Shown here: positions 1-13,306 of the stretch, piece by piece | Numbering within the stretch: the first letter of the stretch is position 1 | Layout of the letters: each line of letters opens with the position of its first letter | DNA from: Lingula anatina | Taxonomy: Eukaryota > Animalia > Brachiopoda | Direction of reading: 5' to 3' | Assembly (NCBI GenBank): GCA_051362555.1 | Contig: CM120645.1 | Location: forward strand, 19,902,001-19,966,000 | Length of the DNA stretch: 64,000 nucleotides | The notes under the pieces: model-generated | What the model saw: only the letters and a program-made list of their open reading frames with translations | The model's database searches: none | Told to the model about the DNA's origin: nothing | Translations under genes and position numbers: made by a program

Positions 1-2275
1 AATTCCTTCATTCCAAAGAGATTTCGTATGGTGACTAAATACAGGGATCCAAATGTTGAAGTGGATACATTTTTCCTCCAGAATATCTAATGATTTTCCA
101 GAACCCATGCTGATGCAAATGTCTCAAAATTCTTGGAATGTCTATCCCCTGGAAGCTAACATTAAAAAATTGAAATATCAAATCACATCACCACATTTTC
201 TATACATAGCAAAGAGGTCTTAAACTTTGAGACTCCAGCGGTTTCCTCTGAGAAACTTTCAATTTTTTTGTCTTTAAGATTCTAGTCAGGGTTTACGTTA
301 GGAAGAAGTAAATTTTCTTGATACATTTACTTTACTCCAGTACCTTTAAGTCATATTTCTCCAAACAGAGCAGAAACTCTGTAAGGAATGTTCCTAATTG
401 CTAACCTTAGATCAAAGCACCCTTTCAATAGCTGGCTTATTATCTGATTTACACTTACCCATTTGTATAGTGTTATATCAAATCAAATGTGAACAGATTG
501 CTCATAACATTTATTTTCACTATTTATTGCTGTATGTATCTGCTTTCTTGATAAATCAAATCTTCGTTGTGAATGCCATTTACTCACAAATCGCACCTTT
601 CTTTTCTAAAATGTCAGTATTTCCCACAGCTCATGCTGATGCTTATTTTATGCATTATTATGCTGTATTTCTTTTTGCGTGTTCAAACTCAAATGAATCC
701 CAGTATATGAGATTGTGGATAAAATGCAATACTTAAAATTTCACAGAGATCATCTGCAAGATGGCAAAATACAAATCATTTCATTTTTGCAGATTTTCAC
801 ATTAACTGCAAGAAACTTTTAAGCATTCCAACTCAGTGGCCTCATTTGGTTTTAATTTAAAACTGTACAGATTCTGACATTTTCAACATAATTGTAATAT
901 GTACTATATGGAAGCTTAAATGGTTCCAACATTAACCCTTCACCAACTATAATTTAACCCTCTGGTTATAGACCTCTGTGACCACACAGTGAAGTGATTT
1001 ATTTTTACCATTATGTTTTTCAACATAGTCAAAATGTCTTCTAGAACTACTGACTTCTGTTTCTGAATGTCATACACCAAAATATGTTATATATTCTCAT
1101 GCATACAGTTTCCGTATAGTCATGACTTAGAATAAAACCAACATGTTGAGTTCACATGCTCAGAAGCTGTGAGCCATGATATTCGTGACATAAGAAAACA
1201 AAATTCCAATTTTCTTCTTTGCCCTTTCCACAATTGATTAGCGTGAAATGTGGAAATGAATATTTCATTTTTTTTTCAATAAGGTAATGATCTGCCTCAT
1301 GCAGATGACTCATAAATGAGTACACATGCTTGGTATTTCAGTGCATTTACTCTGTCACCTGACAATTGTGAAATTAAAAAAAAAAAAAAATTGATAAGTG
1401 TGGGCTGCAGAAATAAACACTCCCATTATTTATTTTAATAAGAAACACACTGCAAAAGGATGGTTCATTATGTTCTGATGCAATAATTTGGCCATCTAAA
1501 AAACATCTAGCCCCCAAGAGAAAAAACACCATCAATATATCTTTTAAGTTAATATTCATAAACACAATTTGAGGTATGCATACAAAGTAGAAATCCATAA
1601 AGTCCACAATAACAATAACAGTAGTTGTTTCCAACAAAAAAATAAGGGTTTACAAAATATATCGATTACCTGAACAAGCCTAAAGAAGAAACCAAATTGT
1701 GGTGTCTGAACTTTTAAAAAGAAGATGTCCAAAATAGTCCAAATGAACAAAACCTTCTTCGAATGAAACATAGAGGTGTAATTGCAAGAGGAGACTAAAC
1801 AAAGAGAGGTGGTATTTTTCTATGTGCTTGGAAAACAAGGCGTGACAGAGGCCCCTGGAGAAACGCTGAAGCAACAGGAAGAAAACATTGATTTTAACTG
1901 AAATACTGCAGCATTAAATCTCCCAAAAGGAATAATATATCTTTGTCTTCATAAAAAATGAAAGGATGAAAACATCTGAGGCTTAACAAATATAATTTCT
2001 TAAGATATACATCGTTTGGTGCCAACTGCAAAAGCAAACAAATCCAAACAAAAGCATGAATAAAAATCAAAATGCAAAATAGAAATGCTTACGTCTCTTC
2101 TGTAATGGAAATCAATGCAATGCAATCTTCACTGAACAATAACATACTTCATGAGCAAACACATGCATGCACGTGCACGCACACATTTACAAATACCATA
2201 GTGTTAAACATACTGTACTCTCATCTTGCAATGTCCAATGTATTCACAAGGTTTAGAGAAATATCTGCCTTTGCC

Positions 2276-2306
<31 letters not shown>

Positions 2307-3973
2307 ACACACACACACGCAAAATAGCGGTTTTAGCATGATGTAATGCAATATACTGAAGTTTAATTGATTAACTGTAGTCAACATGGTCTACAAATAT
2401 GGCCAAGTGTAACCATGCATCACCTCAATTTTGGCAACTGCCACAGTTACAAGTTGGTACAAAGAGAAAACAATGGTGGGCATACCCAAATATCTGTGGA
2501 ATATAATACAATGGCGGCAAAGATCAAAGTGTGTGGGCTTTTCAGCTAGCAGCTTCCTTCACTTAGGGTCAGAATAATTGGATCATTTCCCGAGAGAGGA
2601 GATGATGAAAGAAAGATAGGGACTTTGAAAGGAGAAGAATCCCAATGGCTAATATGAGTGGTTTCTATCAAGAGATCTATTTGCGAATGTCTATAATGAG
2701 CCCATAAATATATCCTGAAATATTGCATTGAGATTCTACATGGTACGAAAGATCCATGTCTAAGCAATAAGAAATTATCTCACTCTCTTTTTTGTATCAC
2801 ATACCTACCATACAAACTTGAATGCACATAAGAGAATACACAACATCCGTCATAAACAAGTAATTTATCAAACAACCACTGCCATTCAGAGCAAGAAGAA
2901 AGAGAAATTCAAAACCCTAGTCAGATTTCATTTGTGAAAATCAAACTGGACCATAATAAACACACTGGCAATAAGTCATGCCAGATATTATTAATTGAAG
3001 GATCTCTCAAAAGGTCAAAACATAGATATAACACAATTAATACAACAAAATAGATTTTATTGATTTATTTGGCCTGTTAGTCTGGAGCAATCAGCACAGA
3101 GATTGTCAATGGATATGTAGGATTTATTCTAAGTATCTGACTTCAGGGAGCCTTTCCACACACACTAATAAAAATCCCCTTTGACTAAAATTTGGTCTAA
3201 TTCAATCCGGAATAAATTAACAATCGTCAGATGAAAGGGAGTAAATACTGGTCAAAGACTGGATCCATTTCTTTCAATTTTTTTTTTTACTTTTTTTCTT
3301 TTTGTTATAAAACAGCTGCCATATTTCACTTATTAAGACTACTGTTGATTTACCAATGGTTCTTTACAGATGGTCTAAGCAGCAACCAATGACGTAAATG
3401 TCTCAATATAAGGCTCTCTGGTCTAATGATTTTTTTGGGGGATAATTACAGACTTAACTTTTGATCTTCAAGTTTAGATCCACTTTAAAAATTATCTTGA
3501 GACACAAGCCCCAGAACATAACCTTTTGCTTTGTGGTTATCCAAACAACACAAATGTGTTAGCTGTGACAAGAAAAGTGCTAATTAGAACATAGGGAAAA
3601 TTACCAAGAGTAATATCTTATCATGTGTATTTGTTGTGTATTTATTAGGGCAGCGGGATGAATTTGATAGCATACTTATCTATGTATCCAGGTCATCAAA
3701 GGCGGGAGTAAAAGGATTCACTTTGGCCAGCATTGCATTAGTTGAGACAGGAGCTGTCACAACCATTGTTACAAAGGCCTGTGACAATAAAAACCTCCAC
3801 TCTGTCAACTGTGAGGGGCTGTTGACAGATGAATGTACAAACAAAATTGTGCATGGGGTCAATTCAAGGATATTGTATTAGTGGGATATATCTTGTCAAT
3901 TTCAGCTATTTAAGCAAATCAGTCATTGAAAGGGACAAAAATTCAGTTTGTCATTTTAGATCATTGTACTCAC

Positions 3974-6900
3974 AGGTGCTGTAACTTTCAGCATCTGAGG
4001 ATTCATGGGACAGAGATCGGCTTCTTATCCTGCTCCCCTTGGCCCTTGGAGTGCCCAGGTTCTTGTACTTTATTTCCTGGAAAAAAAACAATGCAAATGC
4101 ATGACAGTTTACAAAAATAACATTAATTGAAAAGATTTGTTGGCACCCCTTTTTCCTTGGTGCTGGGAATGGCAGGTTTCTCTTCCTTGATTTTCTACAT
4201 AAAATACAAATTAGGAAAAAATTAATATATAGAGATGTTTTAAAATTATACCTATATATTTATTTTATGCTATTTGTGCAATATCTTTTAACCTTTTGAC
4301 TTATTTTTAACTTCTAGGACAGCTACTCCCACTCAATAAAGAAATTAAAAATTCTAAATGATACTGTAATTAAATTTGAATTTTTTTATTGTAACAAATT
4401 ATAGTTGTTGCCACTGCAGACAAAGAGACCCCTTGGTTGTTTCAGCAAAACACATTGTTACAGTTGTGCACCAGCGCAATGAGACTGAAATTGTGATGGT
4501 GAGATTTGAACTGTCACACCTGCCACAATCTCAACATCACTCCTGTAACCAAATTTCTCTTTCAATGTAGTTGCAGGACTGAAAACATTTATTTTTCTGA
4601 CTGAGGTTGCTGCAACATAGTAAATTTTTGTCAAATATTAACTTAAAAAATAGACAAAATTATACTTTTTTCACTGCTATATAGCAAATTTTTATTGAGC
4701 CATCCTGAAACTCCTCCTAACAAATGTGGTAACAGGTAATTTATTCACACAAGACTTGCTTCAGATTAGTAAATATAACCTAAATACAAGCCGAAGAAAA
4801 AGTTTTTTCCACAAGATGTAACCCTGATTTTGTTCAATATTTGTTTTGGCTTAAATAATCCAAAACACTGGTTTACAAAAATGATGTTGTAGGGTGATCC
4901 TACAAGACCATGTCATCTTTCTATACCAATAGTTAAGTAACGTATCCAAAGAAAGGAAAAGCTTAGACCCCCAAAAGGTCTAAACGTAAAGTGGTTCCAA
5001 GGTTCCTTATGCACAGATCTAATCCATGCGACCAAACAAGCATACATACACAAACATGCACATTGAAGTCAATGAGACCTTCTAGTACAATAATCACTAG
5101 GAAACTAAAACCACACATATGCACTAAAATCTAACTGTTTCACGACTTTGTGACCATCTACTAACTGTACTGACATGTTACACATCAAAGGTACTGTAAA
5201 ACTTGACCTGAACTGGTTCAGGTCCGAATGGCATCGAGAGATGACCAGGCCACTCTAAAGATAAACTGAGGTTCAATTCAGACATAACTTAATAATCATC
5301 AAATTACTTTTAAATTACTGGTTATTCAAAGTCCATTTACCACTGGGGAGTCAAAGGTTCTCAAGTACTTTACCGTATTATTGAGAAAGATGATACGGCA
5401 GAGTAGCTAAATGCAGGAGGTCTACAGACAGGTAAGACCTCTCTATGTCCCTGCATGGTTACTCCCACCATTACTCCCCTGCACTATAAATCCCAACTGG
5501 TAAAAATTCAACAAAAAACATAATTCTTAATTTTAAAACCGCACTGTAAATATGGGCACCCAATAGTGACAAATGTTTGACTTGATTGACATTCAAAAAT
5601 CGATGCAGGGAACTGATGTGCGGGAGTTATGTTGCGTAGATATTAAGAGATGAACCCTGCAGAGAACTCCAACTGGGTGCAGCCTGTTACATAACTGGAC
5701 AAATAATTTGACTGGTTCTGGCAGTTCTAAGCAAAACTGACATGCATTTGGGAATTTCAAAATACGCCCATCTCACAATATGATACAAACCCCGTACAAA
5801 TCTGATACAAACTGATACAAATTTGATCAAATGAATACAAACTGATACACAAAGTGCAATATGAACTATGGACGGTGAGCAAAGAAAATTCCAGCTACAC
5901 AAATCAAATTACAGTCCTACAACAACTGGTGCACATCATGCCTGTATAGAAATAACTCAACTACATATGGTGTTTGCAATAACCCAGAGAACACCTGTTG
6001 TGAATATAAAATACATTGCCATGTGCCTTGTGCTTCAATGCATTGTGCTATTATAAGCCTTCGCAGACAAGGAGAGAGATTTTCCTGGCTTCAGGTTAGA
6101 CCACATCTTATTTTTGCCAAATAGGTAATTCACTTTAAACAAATCGATGGTAAATAGGCAAAACATGCTTAAACCTTTTTTCATTTTCCTTGAAAATGAT
6201 ATTTTCTTAAATATTTGGCAAAGATAGTTGTCTTTCCTGTGCCTTATGCAAAGAGGGAATTTTTCCAGATATTACAAGATAGCAAAGACGAGCAGAGTTC
6301 ATTTCCAGAAGAAGAAAATGCTTCAGATTATTTTTAGCTCAGAAATGAAAACAAAGCTAAAATGCATTTGAATTGTAATCCTTCCCAATACAAAGAATAA
6401 GCAAAATAAATAAATATATGTACTTGAATAAATAAGCCAATTTGAATAAATATATGAATGGCTATTGGTAGAGGGAAGCATTTCCATCTAAGGGTACAGA
6501 AACACACAGTGCATACAACGAACGACTTACATGGCCAATAGGTGGCAGTTGCAACTTCAGTCTTTGAGTCTGAGAAAAAAAAAAAACAGCAAATCATATG
6601 CAGTAACAACTCGAAAACAGTGAGGAGAATATGCGTATCTTTCTTCAAATAGATGTAAACGTCAACATAAATCACACAAACTAAAACAAAAGCAATCAGA
6701 CATGAACGACAAGGTTGATAGCATAGCCACACAAGGTGGTCTTTGATGCACACAAATTAATAGAGCCATTCTTGTTTGATTTATCTGCATACCCATGGCA
6801 ATTGGCCTTCTACACCCAACTTCAAACTTCTTCATTTAAGGTGGGTGAGGTCCACAACAAATACCATGATATAATTAACATTTCCATATGCATCTATAAT

Positions 6901-7444
6901 CAATCCTAAATGGATAACTAAAAATTATAACTGACTAAAAGACAAAAACATTAGTGCAAAAATTCTGGATATGATTTTGAAAAAATGTCATAAACCTCTA
7001 TTATTATCACCCATTGTAAAGGCAAAATAGGTATGTCATGCACTTGTTAGCAAAAGAAGCATAGCACAAGAATTTAAAAAAAAAAAGTATAAGATAAAAA
7101 TATCATCATACTTGGTAAAGATGAGCAAATTTACCAGATCAAATTTACCATACCCGTAAATTTTTAAACAAACTGGCAAAAATATATATAGTAAATGAAT
7201 ACATAAATAAATAAATAAAGTTAAACTATTTTGAACTGGGATAAATAATAAGCTTTCCATAAGAATAAAGATGTAGGGTCTGTTTCACAAAAAAAGGCAA
7301 ATGCTCTTATGCCTTATTTTTATGGTCAACAATATTAGAATTATCTGCGACAGAAGGTGACCCCAAATTATGGTCTTAAAGATAAGAGCCACTATTCACT
7401 TCATCAAGTTATACAGTCGAGACCAGATTTATCTTGACTGAGAT

Positions 7445-7477
<33 letters not shown>

Positions 7478-10400
7478 ATAAGTAAAATTTGTTTAAAAAG
7501 TGTTTAATTAATGTGCAAAGACTATTAAATATCTAAGCGTCTCAGATGTAAAGCGGGGTCCCTACGTGGATGGTACACTGATCTGGTGACTTCAGTCAGA
7601 CTCCACTTGACCCAGACAAGTCCTGGGGATTGATTCACCAAAGAACTTAAGTCAGTTCCCTGGCTCAGTTGAGAGTGCTGTTACACTGCCCCTGGTAGGG
7701 TAAGATGTGCCCACGTAACCTTGGTAATTAAGTTCTTAGTCAGGGAACCTGACTTAAGTTTGTGAAACGCCTGGGGCCTCGATTTACAGAATAATTTAAG
7801 CTCCAAAACTATTCTAAACTTATAGACCAAGAAACATTTGCTCATCTGAAGTCCAAGATAAATTCATAGCAGTCCACACAAAAAAGTAAGTATTGATCAG
7901 AAACATTTGGCAGGTTTATTCCTACTATAAAACAGGCACAATATTTCACCTAATTGAACCAATATTGATTCGTCTTGGGTTGAAGTATACTTAAGTTTAG
8001 TTTTTTTTTTTTTTTGGTGAACTGGCCCCTGATTGTTAATGGGGTTATTCATGCCGAGTGGAAAACCAGACAAAGTACATTCATTATCCTGACATGTGAT
8101 CAACTAGTTAAGACACCACACTCTAAGGTCACATTCTAAGGTGAAAAAAGCACCTGTCGGCTTTTCTTTGCTTGACCCACTTTAAATTTTCTTCTTTTTC
8201 AACTTACCAATGGCCAGTATTAACAATGATTACACAGCATTTTCAATAATTTCTAACTTTCTTTGATGGGTTTTCAGTCACAGTTACTGTAGCATTGCTT
8301 TAATCTGGTTATCAATAAACCAATGTGGAAGATTTCATAGCACTGTCCATACCAATACTGCCTAGCAAAATACATGCCCCTGCTCTCCAACTCCCCAGTA
8401 TATGTCTTACTCAATACTAAAAAAAAAAAAAAAGCAAATATTCTTCAAGCTATTTCCCTGAATATAAAGTCATTAATATTCCATGATATTTTCACCTTTT
8501 CACAGTCACGCTGAACCTTGTTGGCTTCCCGTCGAATACTGAGCAATAGCGAAGTTGGGCAGCAATATTGATGAAATCTGTACATTTATTGGTCCAAACG
8601 GGTCAGCAATTATTTCTTACTCCCCACTCTGGCACGTACATTATTTTTCAGCGATCGCTGCACTTCCTCAGTTTTCTTCCAAGTACTACAATAGCTGGTC
8701 AGTGATTCAAAAGAAAAACAGTCAGCTTACCTAGAACTGGCCCCAATATAATGGATTAATTATCTCTTGGAAAAGTTATTTTAGCCACTGATTTTGGTTT
8801 GGCTGATCATTTTATCCCTTCCTTTATTATTTATTAAAACTTTCTTTTTTATTTACACACAGTTGCAAGGCAAAGTATAACAATGAATGGAACCATCTGT
8901 ATCTCATGGAGAAATGCATAACATAAGATAAAGGTTTATTCAGGTCTAATATATACAAATTAAAAATTAAAAATTCATATGTATATAACAGAAATTGGAC
9001 TGCTATTCGGGTAAAATATATAAAGTTTCGAGGTAACAATACGGTTGCTAAATTTCTTTTTTTTTTTGTTGTTAAAAGGATAAAAAAGCAGATAGATGAC
9101 AACTCTTTAAAAACTTTTTGGATCCTTTTAAGTTAACAGTTGCTGGATAGTAATTAAAAAGAAGCTGTAGAGGGTGGGCACAGTCAAACATAACCTTTTT
9201 TCTGTTTCTGCTTCTAATCTACCTGCGTAAGTGGCACTTAAAGTTAAATAGGGGAGATCGTGACCAATGACTATAATACTACAGGTAGTTGCCACCACAT
9301 CTAAACACTTGCGGTCTTCTTCAGTGCCACGTCGATACCACACTGTGATTTCGAATATACTCTCATTTAAGCACTGAGTGAAACTACCTGTATCTCATCT
9401 TACTTAATCTTAGTGTGCACCAAATTTACAAACTGACTCTTTACACTCCGACCCACATGGCAGACAAATTGTTCTCTTTATATATATATTCTTATCATAC
9501 TTTCATGCATCAGATGCGCAAATGCAATACAAAACAGATGTTTGTTCTAATATCATCTGGTGTGGAGCTTCATTCAACCAAGGAAGCAGCAGTGTTCCTT
9601 ACAATGCATAGGCTTTGTTCACAACCAAGTTGATCCACAGACAAACTGATCCTAGGATCAAATATGGCACAGCCCTAATGTCTAATGTCCTAAACAAAAT
9701 TAGTTATCTCAGTCTACAACATTAGCCACAGGTCCAAAGCAATTGGAAAATGGACTCAGTAGACTTATAAAACGATTTTCCAAAGTTACTACAGGTCCCA
9801 ACAGAATAGTGGAAATTCAAGCAGCTGTTTTGAATAATAATAATAATAATAATAAATAATAACAATTATTATTATTATTATTATTATTTTGTCTTTTTAT
9901 TTGCTCTTTGGATGAGTTGTCTTGATTTGGACGATTGGTCTCCTACAGTTGGCTAATTCTGGTGATGGAAGAGAGCAATTTCACAAAAGGGCTTTAGTCT
10001 GAAATGTGATCTAAACTTTTAGTCTAAATAAGACAAAAAAAAAAAAAAAAAGGGACTATAAATCCATAGTAACCTGGTTAAAATACACCTTGTTATCAAA
10101 TAATATAATTAATTTAAAAGCACTACCATGACCACTGATTTTATCTTGGATGAAAATACAGTAATATTGGTAAAAAAACATTTACACCAATTTCAGGGCT
10201 TACTAGTAAGTGTGTTTTGTTAAACGGGTTCCAGCGGGGGTAAAGAGTTTGAAGGACTCTGTTCCTGATGTCACATAATGGCTCATGCTAAAGGACATAA
10301 TGCATTTATCAGAATTCCTTGCTTCAATCTCAAGATTCTGTCCCCATAAGGAATTCTACAATTATTGCTTTCAAAGACTATGTGATTCAATTTCAGACTT

Positions 10401-11888
10401 GAACTGCTCTTTCCGAGCCACCAGAGATTTTGTGGGAGAGAGATACCAAGATTAGAAAAACGATAGAATTAGAGCACATTTAGAACAGATGATCCGCGGA
10501 GTAACTAAATATGGACGATCCCATTTAAAAAGCAATGTCGCTAATTCCCTGGTGGTCTCCTCACCTCCATGCACCGCCATTAAGGGATTATATCTCGGCT
10601 CCGAGGTTTAATTACTAGGCCCCTGCAGCGATGGTGCCAGTGGAGGCGGGGACACCATCAGGTAATTAATGGCATTACTTTTTAATTGGGTTCGGCCATA
10701 TTTAGTCGGCGATCAGTTAGTCTACAGATCGTCTGTTCTGAATATGCTTTTAGTTTCGTAACACCCATTAGTATTCGGTTCAAATAGTACGTGGGTCATG
10801 GTACTGTGAAATATTTACACACCATATCTTAAACCAGTGTCTCAGTGCATTGCACCATTCTGGAATACTACATGCACACAAATAGCAAAAATATTCAATT
10901 AAGCATAATCATTTTTTCCCTCAACAACTAGTCCAGTTTTTTTCATCATTTATCATTGTATTTTATTCAAATAACTAATTCTGCTTTCTTAATAAGAAAG
11001 ATCTTAATAAAAGATCTTAATAGAATCTATCTTAATAAAAAAAGAAAAGTCTGCCAGCATGAACGAAGCAGCAGCAAGTTAAGTAAATTAAGGCATGACA
11101 AATATTGTCTGTTTGTGCATGATATCTCTGTTAATATTGGCATTTGGTTCCAGAGAAGAAAGGCAGGGCAATGCCCTGAATTGTAAGTCTTTAACTTAAT
11201 GCACTGCCTTCCTTAAGACAGGTTCACTTGAGACTGGCGGATAATAGAATTATCCCATTATTTTTCAGAAGGGCAAAGTGGTAAGTCATTTCTTTTGTCC
11301 TATTCATGTTTTCACTGGAGGATCTATCACTCATCAACCAGACTAAATATGAAAAGGTCTTTAATCTGTGTATCATAGCAAATCATTTTATCAGATTTAA
11401 TTACAGGGGGGTTCGAGTTCAAAAGAACCACCCCTTTTGTTGGGAAAAGGTCCGCTCTAGGTAAAATTTGATCTAGGTACATGGGGATTTTATGGTAAAA
11501 GGTCCACTTTTTTTAAGTTTTTCAGAAAAAGAACCCCCCTTTGAAATTGCTGGCCACGGGCCTGTATTATGACCCCCCCCCCCCCCCCAAACACCAACTA
11601 ATGAGACTGGTTGGAGTTTCTATAGTTTCCCTAGTCAAACTCACATAAAAATTGCAACAAGCCAGCTGAAACTGACAAATTCCCCTGCTTTAAGATTGAT
11701 TGGCTCTCTGTCTAGACAAACACTAAAAAATTGAAACAGATACAGTAACCATTAGATGCATTAATCCATTCCTAAAAATGAGCCAATTTAGCTAAGGTGT
11801 TTATGAAGGTGAACTAAATTAGCAATTTTGTGTCATCTTCTTAGAAATTCATTTTAGAACTACTCATAGGTAGCCCCCCCCCCCCCCT

Positions 11889-11938
<50 letters not shown>

Positions 11939-13252
11939 ATAAAAATCAGTGGTACAATTCAGGTTTGTTCATCATACAGGTAGAACATTTTTGTTCATTA
12001 ATCTTCAGGGGGAAAAACTAGCGAAAAAAACTACACTGATATTGATCTGGCCTATAAAAAGAAAAGTTTCACACTTAAATCAATTGGCACAGATGGAAGA
12101 TTTGCCAAGGTCAGCCTTGGCAAATGAAGATGCAATTTTATATTTTCATTTGACCCCACTGATAGATTCCCTTTACAATTTCTGGCCCACATATATCTCC
12201 AAGGCCTTTTACCTGTTTTCCGCCTTCTCTTTCTTTCACTCTCCCCTCCTTCTCTCTCTCCCTACCAAAAGTTACATCAGACCTCTATGAAACAGACATT
12301 TGCAAGTTAAAATAGAGCCACCACTTTAAAATAATTCTAACACTTTACGTCTCCAAATGTTCATCCTGCAAAATTCCTCCAAACACTATTAGGAAGAGAG
12401 GTTTTGGCTTTGACAACTGGAATATCACTTTAACCATTTAACTTTTACCATTTCTAAGTACTAGAATAGTTTAAGAAATTCCACTGAGAGCCTAATGCTT
12501 AACACCTTCTATCACCTAAACATCATTTGGTAACAAACAACAAAACATTAAATCATTCAGTGTTTTTTTTAAACAAAATATTAAATTATTCTGAGTTTTT
12601 TTTTTAAGCCTACACATTATTCAAACTAAGTTCATTAAAAACATTTTCTATAAATAATTCAAGCGGTGTTTACATCAGTTTTCCACCTGGTAGCACACAG
12701 CGACAGTACACTAATGGTACCAATTAAGATAAAAATACCCCTTGACAAAGTTATATCATACATTAACAAGGAAGGAAGGAGTGCCTAGAGTATTTTCATT
12801 TTTACAGCAGTGTTCACACTGGGCTCTAAACTGAGCAAATCTCAAGCAGTCTTGATTACGCTGTTGATGACATAATCGGTACTGCCAGCATAAACCAAAA
12901 ACCACTTTGATCAACATAATCCTTGTTAGCTCATGTCAGTGTGTGAACCACATTTTCATAACCTGATCTCACAATAACGCAAGTTGAACCAATTTCGATC
13001 AATTCGAGTCTTGTCTGAGCACACCCTCTGGCTGCTTCAGAATGGCTTAGCCTGGGTGCACCTGTTTGCCAGAGCTATCTTGATCACACCAATTTAAAAT
13101 TTATCTCAAATCAACATTACCTACGGATCAGTTTATCATGCAGTGGTCCACTCGAAAGGGTCAACAAGTGGAATTTTCAAACATACTAGTATGCTCCAGG
13201 TTCTGTAGTAAATGAGAAAATAATAAACTTGCCCCGACACCATTGCATATGG

Positions 13253-13306
<54 letters not shown>

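Noticed and set aside
1-3973. Searched for the next AHCYL exon (S-Y..PREK..FCV..GRREIE)
   Set aside because: Not found; the candidate acceptors examined (~155, ~605, ~1865) give stops or unrelated peptides, so the exon is presumably beyond the window.
13120-13202. Minus-strand exon-like segment with good splice signals
   Set aside because: In-frame stop in phase 0; no supporting homology.
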